64,000 nucleotides of DNA from Lingula anatina (taxonomy: Eukaryota > Animalia > Brachiopoda): contig CM120645.1 of the NCBI GenBank assembly GCA_051362555.1, positions 9,176,001 through 9,240,000 of the forward strand, in the 5' to 3' direction. A model generated the notes under the pieces. The model did not search any database. It saw only the letters and a program-made list of their open reading frames with translations, and had not been told where the DNA came from. Below are positions 38,001-49,569 of the stretch, piece by piece (the first letter of the stretch is position 1; each line of letters starts with the position of its first letter). A program made the translations under genes and the position numbers.

Positions 38001-40323
38001 ACAGCCGCCGATAACAATAACGGCGTTACAAATGACAAAGCCGCGGCCTGTGTCGTCTATTTGCCGGCTTGATAACGCACCTTAAGCCAGGTAATAGTAA
38101 TGCAACTAAAGACAAAGGCCGACGTTCCCGCAATTGAGAACAGGAATTCATATCTAAACCATCTATATTGTGAGTAACCGCTCGCAGGGGCGCACCATTG
38201 TTCCTATCTCCCATTGAGAGTGTTATCGGCAATGATATCCTGATCGTATCATTGTCTTGAATCAACTGACGCATTACCTTCATGTTTGAGCTGGACAACG
38301 CGGCCATATTTGGTGACGAACTTTTCAAAAATTATCGAGTACCTCATTTTCTAGGTCGACGAAGTTTTCAAAGGGAAAAAAATTACGTCGGCGGAAAATC
38401 GTCTGCCGACGAAATTTTCAAGAACGACGAAATTTTCAAGACTTTACCGTAATGAAGTATATACAGCACTCAGTCTGGTGAATCCAATTTCATTTTAATA
38501 CAGGAAAGGGGGGTGGGGTGGGCGTGGGGGGGGGTTCATTTGAGCCCCCTAACAGCTCTGCCCAGCTCTCCCTGCTATGGAGATTTAAGCAGCATTGATG
38601 CAGGGCCTCAAATCCTTTCATCCATTTTGATAAGAGGTGGGGCACAATTGATCACGTTGTCTTGGAAAAAAGGAGACTGACAACTTCACACTCTATATCT
38701 GCCACATACACAATTACTAGTAAAGAAAGATCAGACTCCAGCAAGGAGTACAATTCAAAAAGATAAGATAATAAAATATGTATCATGAGTGAATGGTAAA
38801 TTGACTCTGGGTCAAACAACATTGTATGTAAGTGATCACTGAAACATCTACTGGTGTATAATGAAAAATGCAAATGTACTTTAATTGGCAGTACATTTAA
38901 AGGATCTATAGTATATACTTATAAAACTTATCAAATGGTAGCATTTAAAACTATTTAAGTAAAGGTCTACTTCAGCCCATGAGGATTTGTTGTGTTAAAA
39001 ATAGAGTGTAAACAAGGATAGATTTAACAAGAAAAAAGTGCAAAAAAAAAAAAAAAATAGAGTAAAAAAAGCACCCAACTGTGACAGATCTACTAATATG
39101 ATCTAAAGATTTACAAGAGACTTTAAGTCATTTTAGCTGAAATGAAAAAAAAAAAAAAAAAAAAGAAATGTCTTCCAGTGCTACAGGTATGTGAAAACAC
39201 TTAAAGACTATTTACCCATGCAGTATTAGTATTTGAACTAGCTCATGATAGGCACGCAATCTCAAAGCAAGATCGCACCTATACTTGCTTATCAGCAAAT
39301 ATGTTTGCTCTGAGAGGAAAAGTGGAGGAATTATACACCTGATAAATCAGGCTTATTTGTTGCTACAGAGTAACAAAGATGTCACCTGAAGCTCTTGGGA
39401 AGAGATTATGGAGATTAACCTGCAGAGGTGACACTGTACTGACACAAGGGTCGCGTGGGTTCAGAGCACCTGCAAACGGCACCTTTCCAGTTAATTTTTG
39501 CTTAAAATTCCAATGTTTTTTTAATCTGAGAGGCCTAATTGTTATCTGCACTGGGTATTTTCTCTATTTAAAATTCTTAAATCACGAGTAACACATTTAG
39601 TTTTAAAAAGGCCAATTGTTTTGTTCTTATTCTTCTTAATGTGCTTATCATCATTTTATGTTAAATATCCTAATAAATGAATAAATTTCCTGGACTATTA
39701 AATGTTCCGTAATGTTATACAAAACAGTGTAACCATAACAACAAAATAATTGAGGCAATCCAAGTACATTATCTATAATCCAATTATGCCCTGTTAGTAT
39801 TCAATTTTCCATGCAGCTGATTGACTTTTTGATGGTGCATTAAACTTTCAGCTATGGTGAAATCATGCTACATAACTTTATCTTTGTTTCTTCTCAATCA
39901 GATGCCTGTAGCCTGTGCAAAAAGGGTTTATGTTACATTTAATAGGAAAATATGTAAAAAAAAAAATTCAAAGCCAATCAACATGTACAATTTCTTGATA
40001 GTTGGTAATAATTTAATACTAGCTAGTACATGTGCACATGGAGTTAAAGTTACAGTACTGTAGTAATGAAACTTTATTTGCTGAGGGTAAGAGCTTGGCA
40101 GATATAAAAGATATCTTCCCCAATGACCCTCATGGGATTCTGTTTACTTTAGTTAATATAAAAAAACACTTTGCTAATACTACCAAGATTAATAATAAAA
40201 AAAAGAATTACAAATTGAAGTGTTAAAGAATTGAGAAGAGAATTAAAATAAAGAAAAATTTGCATATTTACCTGTCTCTAGACAACTGGCCATCAAACAC
40301 AATACAATAAGCTCCCTCCACAT
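29920..40323 (-). CDS. Properdin-like secreted protein (signal peptide, TB/TSR0 domain, 6 TSP1 repeats, Ser-Gly/Tyr-rich tail), 524 aa
   Basis: Exons: 40272-40323, 35435-35565, 34902-34992, 34113-34256, 33498-33668, 33007-33177, 32133-32306, 31396-31578, 31114-31239, 30696-30776, 30449-30531, 29920-30087 (1,575 nt, open to TGA). Signal-like MWRELIVLCLMASCLETGA, then C-x10-C-x13-CC-x21-C-x2-C domain, then six WxxWxxC..C..R.R.C repeats. Confidence 0.85.
30696..34256 (-). CDS. Properdin-like exons 4-10: TSP1 repeats 1-6
   Basis: Phase 1-1 exons of 144, 171, 171, 174, 183 and 126+81 nt, each encoding one TSR (e.g. [41 protein letters not shown]). Confidence 0.92.
32393..32684. mobile_element. 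Nested MITEs (inner 32432-32599)
   Basis: Inner TIR CAGGGGCGGATTTAG / CTGGATCCACCCCTG inside outer CAGGCCTGTAG(C) / ATGAGCCTG. Confidence 0.5.
33880..34135. repeat. 28-bp minisatellite overlapping properdin-like exon 4 end and donor
   Basis: Unit ggacaatactgtctgtccatactaacct, about 9 copies. Confidence 0.9.
34902..35565 (-). CDS. Properdin-like exons 2-3 (35435-35565, 34902-34992): TB/TSR0 domain
   Basis: DYYCFRRYVTKVSGCKGIVRRKYPTPQHCCARSNADGYAVAL/VSLGKKFYECRKC versus human properdin [26 protein letters not shown]...CQPC (recalled). Confidence 0.8.
35556..35835. repeat. Diverged ~140-bp tandem duplication including the exon 2 splice acceptor
   Basis: aatcagcacctgt(a/g)actg(a/g)atga..aaatgtttgaa..ttctaatag..aatatt..taataatgaag at 35557 and 35695. 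Confidence 0.8.
37211..38449. mobile_element. Non-autonomous TIR DNA transposon, TA target duplication (Tc1/mariner-type)
   Basis: TA-CGGTAAAGTCTTGAAAATTTCGTCG ... CGACGAAATTTTCAAGACTTTACCG-TA: perfect 25-bp TIRs; subterminal GACGAANTTTTCAA repeats; CpG-rich interior; no transposase ORF. Confidence 0.85.
40272..40323 (-). CDS. Properdin-like exon 1 (signal peptide)
   Basis: ATG TGG AGG GAG CTT ATT GTA TTG TGT TTG ATG GCC AGT TGT CTA GAG ACA G/gtaaat; phase 1 fits next exon. Confidence 0.7.
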
Positions 40324-42949
40324 TGCTGTATTGTCCAGTCAAACTGACCAATCTCCACCAAAGTATCTGACCAAGCGATATGCAATCTAATGACACAGGA
40401 GATGTCTAAGCGGAATTCGATATACTCCTATCTCCACCTGATTAGCAGGGTGATCACCAGCAGTCATTCATCAACGAGAGAAAGTGATCCTAGCTGTTTC
40501 CTTTTTCCAAAATCCCCTTCCTTCACTGATCTGGATTTCTCCTCAGGGTATCCTTAGTAGCAAGGGTAATATCATATAACTGATGTTACCAGGAAATTAA
40601 TATACCTGTTTATAAACTGGATTCCATATGTTGGTGCAAATGTCAAGATATCCCTCTTTGGGTGATCTCTTGAGTAAAAGAGAGATGGAATGTTCTGGAA
40701 ATCCTCCTATAGTTGAAATCTCCAGTTGGCTAAACTGCTAAAGATCCATTTAACCCTCCCACAGAGTTCTTCTAGAAGGAGAACGACCAGGAGAATGCTG
40801 CTTTAGCTCCACTGCTCCACTGAGAAAACTCCTAGGATTACTTTCCAAATCAAGATCTTTGGTATCGATAACAACTGATCCCCCCGAGAGTATCAGTTTC
40901 CACTTCACCTTTGAGGAAATTGATTGTTCTTTCTGTGATCACAGGAAGGATGACCAGCAAAGTGAATAAGATTGTGTATTATCTGTTGTCACTGAGTCAA
41001 CACTCTCACTGCACACATACACACAGATATCCCGACTCCTGATCAATATTTCTTTCTATTGACATACGAGTGTTGAATTTTGATTCAGTCAGATTATTCT
41101 CGGCTAAGATGGCAAGTTCTCCTTTGATTTAAATCTTGTATTTACCTGGTTGAGAAAAAAGAAACAAATCCCTTAAAGATAAAGATGAAGACCGCAGTCT
41201 ACCTGTCTGTCCAAGGGGAAAGCACAGCTTGAATCCTGTGTGTTGTTGTTAGTATATACACTTGCTTGTTCTCAATGGCAGGCAATAGGTAATAGCGTGG
41301 GGCTGTGATTTATTATTTACAATTGAAAACTATAAATACAGTGCTAGCTCTTGTAAAGTGTGATAAAACCACAAGGGTAATCTCCTTTTATGTGTGACTG
41401 ACAAGAGTATTACAAAGCTTTACCAACACCGACGGCACACAGACTTCAGTCTACCTGCCAACAGCTTGGGATTTACAGTGAAATCCAGCACTTAATCCTT
41501 TCAGGGCTGTCCAAAAGTGAGGGTATATGGTGCTGAAATGAAAATAAGATTCAAAAGAAGGCACTTTTTCTTTTTCGTACTAAAACATGGTCGTTATTCA
41601 TTGGGCACTATCAATTACCAATTATCATGCACGTACATAACCTTCATGCCAATTTTAAATAGTGCCATTAATTTTCAAATAAGAGCCCATGAACATGATT
41701 AAAAATAAATCTTTTTTATATATTTAAAAAAAACAACAGCAAACGGCATAGTTACAATATAAATGTATCATGGTTTAAAGGTCTGGTAAAAAAAACATGA
41801 AATTATCATATAAAAATGAAAATAATTACAAAAATAACAGATTTAGACAAAACATCAGACAGATCTATATTTTTGGCAATTAAAGATACCTTCAAAGAAC
41901 ACAAGGATCGCTAACATGGTATTTCATTAATAAATGCTAAAACACAATTATTTCTATGCAGATGAAAGCGTTACGATATGTTCTATTGGATCTATAATTT
42001 TGCAAAAACAAAACAATGTCAAATATCTTAAGAAGTGCTACTGATCGTTTGCCGTTTCCAACCTCCAACTAAATGGGTACCCTGAACATTGCCATCAAAA
42101 TGAGTTAACAATGAACATTCAGTACCTCTTGGATCCAAGCTCCTATATCTAGTCAACCACACAGCCCCCTTTCCCAGATCTTGTTCTGCTTTCAGGAAAC
42201 CAAACTCCCGGTGACCCTGTTGACTGCAGTCCTTTGTCACCACCACCTGTTTAATTGAAACATTTCTGTCCTCTGGCAAATTCAGTTTTACCTGTGTTCT
42301 GCCACCTGTCAGCTGAAGCGTCACTGGAGCAACTGAGTTCTCCTGATCCTCTTGCTGGCTTTTGTTTGGGATTTGAACAAGGCACTAGCATCTTATTTTA
42401 ATGGGGAGCCACAAAGGAAACTTTATGAAAAGACTGTTTCATGATGATAAAAGCACACCTTCAAAACTTCCAGCATTATGAATATAAATGTCAGGTGGAA
42501 TAGTCCCTCTTATTCATGTTTCAAACACATTGCAAAACTATCTGTAATTTGGAAATATTTAAAATAAAAGATGGAAAGTACTATTGAATATAGTAGTCAT
42601 ATTCTACAGTTCAATCAAATGAGATACATTTTTATCCTCTTTTTCTCCCCTAGAAGTAACTGGCACAGGGGTTGAGCATACACATCCCCAAAGAAGAAAG
42701 AACAGCTCTATGCACACTTTGTCTGCAGGGAATCAAATGTGTCAGGAAACAGCAACTTGATGAGAGTGCTTCATTTGGGGGCGTGCTGGCCACATAAATG
42801 TGTTACAGTAACAGGGGTGGAATCAAAAGAGAAATCTGCTTGTGTAAAATTAGACGTGAAATTGAGTAGTAGTGACAGTTTAGTTCCACCAATAGCTTAA
42901 AAATCAATTGCACATAAATGCTTTTTAAAACTTAAAATTGCAGTGCAGC

Positions 42950-42982
<33 letters not shown>

Positions 42983-43499
42983 GAATTTACTAAAAAAAAA
43001 AGATAATTTATGTTTACCAATATATATAACACTTATTTAACACGCAGACGTGATTTTAGATTAAATGAAAAAAGTCTCTGGGACTAGGTCTGAGGGTCCC
43101 CTAAAACGGAAAACCACCACGAAAAATGAATTTCCAATTTTAATTTGAAGAAATATCATGTCTTCATGCGTAAGAACATAACCATTTCCTATAAATTAAA
43201 TAGACAATAAAGCAACAGGCATAGTTATCGCAGGCAATATAACTGGTAGAGCCACAAGCACTTTATAAAAACTGAATAAAATTTTTTTTTCGGAGGATTA
43301 AAACTGACACCACAGTCTACAATAATGATCAAGTTGTAAGCTCAGCACCAGTCCAAATGAATATTACAGTGAGTACATGGGACCTCCTGCTGAGCTGGTA
43401 ACGTTTCAAAGCCTACAATGATGACAACAAGGCTTCAGCTTCGGCACCAATTAAGATTTGACAATGTGAATAGAGGCTTTAAAGGAATTACTTCTTTAA

Positions 43500-43865
43500 A
43501 GATGCATACAAAGTCAATTTTTTGTCACAAAAACCAACTAAATGCCAGTATATAGTTTCAAGTAGTATAACTAATAGAATTACCAAAAGGCATTGTTTAA
43601 TTTTACCAAAAAATTATGTTTGAACGGATTTTTCTGCTGCCATTTTAAGCTGTATGTCAATGGGGCAGGAAAGTAGGTCACGAAAGTAGGTTAAATTTAC
43701 AACCAAAAATTTAAAGAAAGGAGCAGTGTAAAGGTCTTTTATGGCTGATCGAGTGATCTATTCAGTTTATCCCTTGGCATGTCGAATTTATTTGAGTCAT
43801 ATAAGAATCTAGTAGAAGTGGTTTACAGGTGTTACTGGGAATCCACGCTCGGTTCGTATGTACCT
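43500..43865. mobile_element. Degenerate TTAA-flanked non-autonomous element (Kolobok/piggyBac-like)
   Basis: TTAA-AGATGCATAC ... GTATGTACCT-TTAA: imperfect TIRs with TTAA on both sides. Confidence 0.5.
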
Positions 43866-46800
43866 TTAAGGCTGCCTGCAAAATGCATCAACATTTCACA
43901 AGTCTGGTAATAAGATTTATTGGTTACTTAAGTAGTTCGCGATTGTTACTTCTTACACTGCACACTTGTCATATACTTATAAGACCTCCACTTTTCATGT
44001 AACATAATAATGTAATAAATCTTAACAATATAGCGAGACTGGAAAGGACAAAGTTCAAAATGTTATTCCACCAAATTGATATGAAATGGTTGTATATTGA
44101 GGAAATTAAGCATAAAAATGCCTTCTATTCATCAAAATATCACAGATAATAGCTGAGGAAGCATAAAGTGATTTTTATTTGTGAAATGTTCCTAATAAAA
44201 ATATAATATGGTGATAAAAAAAAAATGCCAAGAGAGAATGTACTTTAAAAAAACCAACCAAAGAAAACCATTTCGCATTTGCTTATAAATCAATTACCTA
44301 GTAACTATCCATAGTAACAATCAAATTTGAATTTGTTAATTTAAGTTTAGTTCAAGTAAGGAACTTAAAATGGTGGAGCAAGTAAACTTGTTTATTCTAA
44401 TAAGATGGCATGCCTGTGAAAAAATATTGTATATTTTCACATTATAAGGATAATTCACGATGGACCTGATGAAACAAATCTTGTAAAAAAAGGATGAGTC
44501 AGACAAACAATTTTTTTTTATTGAACTCAGCCAGAGGGCATGCTGGGAAGGAAAAGCTTGGGAACCAAAACTGTTACTCTGCAGAAAGCTTCAGTTCAAC
44601 TTATTACTGATGTTATCTTATTCCCCTTTCCACTTAATCGCAATTTTGTCCATCAATCACAATATAAGTTCCTCAATTTAAGTGCAAATCAGACATTTTT
44701 GTGGCAAAATATTGGCACAGACTGCAACTCTGGAGAAGCAAATCTACTGGGGTTTCAGACTATATACTGCAAACTTTCCTTAGCAGGATCATTATCCTTG
44801 TGAAAACAGGTTTTGTTAATGTCTCATAGACCAAATTACAGACAATTCTACATTGGAAACTTTGCATGACACGTGTCAATTCAAGTCGAAAAGTTTTATT
44901 CACGAGGGTTTTAACTTGACAATTTTTTCAAAAATAGCTGCCACCCAGAGACACCACAACAGAGCGGTCTCAAATTTGGTTCAAATGATCCGAGGTTATG
45001 ATAAAAAATGGAAACAACTGCGTCCCAACAATACTAGATGCTATTAGGTGCCAAATCTGTTGAGATGCAAAAATGCCAAAATTAATTCATTTTGTTAACA
45101 CCCAAGCTGCTGTGAGACGGTGTATTTTGAGAATGTTTCTGGCATAAAAGAGAAGGTCTGTGCAAGAAATTTGGCAAAGAAGACAGGCTGGTAATAAGGG
45201 TTGAATTAGCTGGGGGTTGACCTGGGCTCATCGCCCTCACCCTGGGAGTCACAGCTCTAAACGGTGCTCCTTTATACCAGAAAAGTCTTACCATCTCTCT
45301 TTGAGCTTGAATCAATGTACTTTTAGCTGATATAAATTTTCAGGTTTAAAGGGATAATAACTGTTTGTTTTGGCCAAAAAAAGAACTTTCCTGGAGTAAT
45401 CAACAATTTTCTCATACTTACCAATGGTTAATGAATCCATTTCTATATTTAAAGTTAGTCCCTGGTTTTTTTTCTAAAAAGTTTTTTTTTTTTTTTTTTT
45501 TTGTTGTTATAAACTCTTAAGAGATTTTAACAGAGTATAGCCATCTATGGAGGTCACGTAATCCGATGACAAGCTCAGATATCAGAATAATAGCTATAAC
45601 TGCTGTTTTTTTGTGGTAAAACAGAATATATTATATTTCCATGAGTTGTTTATAATGTTTTTATTGTGAAATATAGATCTAATACGAAGAGTTATTATCC
45701 CTTTAATTTTTCAAAATTTTGTGCACAATGATGAGAATATTCATGGCCAGTTTTAAAGAAATCCTAAATGACATTGAGATTCACACATCGTGCAAGCTGG
45801 GTTGGTCCACCTCTGCAGGGGACTCTCCCTAAATAAGTGAATTTGTGGAATCAGCTTCATTGTCTGACACTCCACCTGGAGCAGCTAGGTGTTACTTAAA
45901 GCTATCATGTGCTGATTAAGCTGACTCCACTTTGAACTTTTGTCATGCTGGACCTTCAGCATACTATTAGCAAACTTTTGTCATAGCGAATCTTTGGAAT
46001 ATCGAACCTTCCTCAAAGAGAAGCGCAACGGCTGAAACCAAGACCTCAAGCATAATTATTTTCTATGCAAACCCATTTTCAGCACTCTGAAACTCAGGGT
46101 TTCACACCTATTGTTTTAAACCCAAATCCCTTTCAGTGCTTTTAAGTGACCAATTTTTTTTTATTTCTTGAGTGTTATATATACCGTAACCTTCTATGAA
46201 CTTCTTGACATACTGGGGGGTCAATATCAGAATGCTCGGGTTGCTGGAAAAATTAATTTGGTTCCACAGGACACACCAACACAAACATGAACATCAGTTT
46301 TCATTTAACAGAAAACAATGACAAATTCCCAGTGGCAGATCTATAATTGTTATCTAAACTGACAAGTGACACAAAATATTGAATTGTAAGAAACTCGGAT
46401 AAGAACACACCCATCGGATATGGGAAAATTTCAAGCATGTCTTAAAATATCAGACAATGTCATCTCTAACATAATTTGATAATGCATTTCTTTAAAGCTA
46501 GTTAGCCAAAAGTGATTTTCTTGTGGGCACTTGTAGTGAACTATTCTGACGAGATGATCACATTATCAAAGCATCCACTAAGTTCTTATTTTATTTACTG
46601 TAAAATGGAAGGTATCCAGCAATTAATTGTCTACTGTGCATAAGAAGCAGTTACCAATGAATAATGTTAACACCTTTTCTTCTGCCAACTTGGATAACCA
46701 GCAGAATTACATGGGGTCAAGAAATGGATATGCTCATACTAATAACCATATCCTCTTTGCTGGTATCAAAAATGACCAACCAAACATCTTTATTGCTTGT

Positions 46801-48867
46801 TAAAATTCAGCCAAAAATTTAAAACCAAAATCAATATTTGCTTTATCTTTGACAAATACTCCACGAGCAAAGGGACATTTGTCCTGCACTAATCTAGAGA
46901 TCTTCAACCGACCCTGCCTTCTGGGCTTCTGGACTAATTTCAACAGTGGAATTAGAAGCCGATGGTGTTAATTTGGTCTCCATTTTACAAAATATTTCCT
47001 CACACAGCTTCTAGTCAGTGTGGCGTCCATGAGGATCTTGTTGTTTCATAAACAGGACAAAATTGTGTTTTTCTGTGGGAGTCTTGGATGTTCTTTTCAA
47101 ATTAAAAGGAATTAATGGTATTTCTAAAGAGAGATGTTTAATCATCTTGTTTATAATTAATCATTTAAACTTTTTTTCAAAGATTTCAATCTCAACACGT
47201 ATTGAATAGAAACTTGCCTTGCTTACTAATTCTATTTATGCCAATGAAAATCTTTCAACAGATAACCTCATTGCTATGTATTCCGTGTCTAAAATGATGA
47301 CATTTACGACATTTCACCACTTACTCAATCTTTCGGATTGTCACGGAACATTTGACACCCCTGTTACCAAAACCATCATCCTCAAATGGTACCCCATACC
47401 CCTCTCAATTTGCCCTAATGGCACTTGCAAACAAGCTTAAATTTCAGCACTGTAATTATGTTTTTTCTAAGAGTGCACACTGCCACTGAGTGAAGAATTA
47501 GTTCTTTAGTGTTTGGTTTTGACAACAGCTGGATCGGGGTCTAATTTACAGTGACAGTTGCAGTGTGACTTGGCTAATGAAGGGGGAAAGCAGGACTACT
47601 GCCTTATTACCTCCTAACTGAATTGGCAAGGTAAACTAGTTAACAGAAATGGGGAGTGTGTCAGAACTGAAAAGAGGGCCCTTTTTCAAGGAAAAAAATT
47701 GAAAAAAAAATGTATGTGTGAATTTTGCTTCTGAAGGCAATAAGGAATCACGTGTCGCATTGATATCTCAAAGGAATTATACAAATTTATCTACACATTT
47801 GTGTAAACACAATAGTACATTGTTTATCTATGATGGGATCAATAACAAATACAAAGGGCAAGGTTTCAATATACTTCAGTACTTTCACTGATTTATTATC
47901 TGTAGTTGGTGGGTAATATTCTGCATTATGAAGTACAAAACAGCACCAAAAAGCATCCAATATGACAATGACAATGAATAATTAGATGGTTTTCAGTAAG
48001 TATAGCATAGCAAAACATGCAAAAAATTAATATGGGAACATTTTACATTTATCAAGTTTTAGAAATACCATTATACATCGGGAAAGAGGCAATTAATTTC
48101 ATGTAAATAAATAATATCTTGAAATCTTTTTACAAATAATGTATGACCATAAACTGGAAAATAACTACACTGCTCAGATTCATAGTTTTAATAATTTAGT
48201 AATAAAAATATATATTACATATATTACACAATTACATCTTTTATACACTGGAAAAAGAAATATAAATTTAACTAATAAATTACCTTTTTTGCCATTAGCG
48301 TGAAGGTCAAACATCAGTACACATCACTCCCAAAAATAAAAAATAATAAAAAAAACAACTTTATGAGTACGACCAACATTTAACTAACGGCTATTTTTCA
48401 TCTATTCTTTTTAATTCTTCCACACGTTTCCAGCTGGATTCTCCTCCTAGGCACGGTCGTGGATAGACTTTAAGATCTTAAGTGGGGGAAATACTGTCAA
48501 ATGTTGTCCTAACAGACCCGTATTTTAACACAATTGCATATATCTTACTACAAACACTGCAAGTTGCCATTTACAAATATATATACACAGAATTAAAAAA
48601 TAAATACACAACATTACAAATATAATTTTAATAATTATCTTTATAAAACTAAAATATATATATAGGAAACACCAGATATATACAACTCCCATTAAATTTA
48701 ACATAACTTTACAATGTATAAACACACATGGTTTCTAATCAGTATTTCACCATTCATCAAGCTGTCTAGATGCAAATAATATCACAATAAATGCAGCAGT
48801 TTTCATAGTTCACTTTACACACAGTATCTATCAGTGGAGTTGTTGTACTGGCAACTGAACTTTGGTT

Positions 48868-49283
48868 TCAAGGCTGACAACCTAGTGTCAAGGCTGACAA
48901 CCTAGTGTCGAAGCTGACAACCTAGTGTCAAGCTGACAACCTAGTGTCAATGCTGACAACCTAATGTCAAGGCTGACAACCTAGTGTCAAGGCTGACAAC
49001 CTAGTGTCGAAGCTGACAACCTAGTGTCAAGCTGACAACCTAGTGTCAATGCTGACAACCTAGTGTCAAGGCTGACAACCTAGTGTCAAGGCTGACAACC
49101 TAGTGTCGAAGCTGACAACCTAGTGTCAAGGCTGACAACCTAGTGTCAATGCTGACAACCTAGTGCAACCTAATGTCAATGCTGACAACCTAGTGTCAAT
49201 GCTGACAACCTAGTGTCAATGCTGACAACCTAATGTGAATGCTGACAACCTAGTGTCAAGACTGACAACCTAGTGTCAAGGCT
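48868..49283. repeat. 20-bp minisatellite (~21 units) with 5-unit, 99-bp higher-order periodicity
   Basis: Unit aggctgacaacctagtgtca; variant order repeats at 48871, 48970, 49069. Confidence 0.95.
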
Positions 49284-49418
49284 GGTCAACATGACCATGA
49301 GTCCAAGGTGTAAAACTGTTAAAGCTGTCAATGTTGCGTTAAGGCTTTTGGCTTTTTGCACAGTTCTGGCAATTTTTGAGTTGTTTGGTTAAGGTAAAAA
49401 CTACTCTCTCTGGTAATG

Positions 49419-49424
49419 TTTATT
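49419..49424 (-). terminator. Candidate proximal polyadenylation signal (AATAAA) of CCDC66
   Basis: AATAAA on the minus strand about 145 nt after the stop codon. Confidence 0.35.
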
Positions 49425-49569
49425 ATACACACTGACAGAAATCTGATCACGGGTGATCACATAACCAGTCAAGTGACTATCATGCGATGAATAACCTAGA
49501 TACGTTCACAGATCAGATCTTTTCACTAAAACAGGAAATTGCATGCAGTTACCAGTCTATTTTTCCTGG

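Noticed and set aside
38026-38328. 100-aa ORF inside the TIR element as a possible transposase
   Set aside because: No DDE/D or HTH features, too short, and starts at TTG.
46540-46580. CTGACGA-stem-AAA resembling a hammerhead ribozyme core
   Set aside because: Lacks the invariant GAAA after stem II, and I found no stem I/III pairing; an Rfam cmsearch would settle it.
48868-49283. Palindromic short repeats resembling a CRISPR array
   Set aside because: Units are head-to-tail with no unique spacers, there are no cas genes, and the context is eukaryotic.
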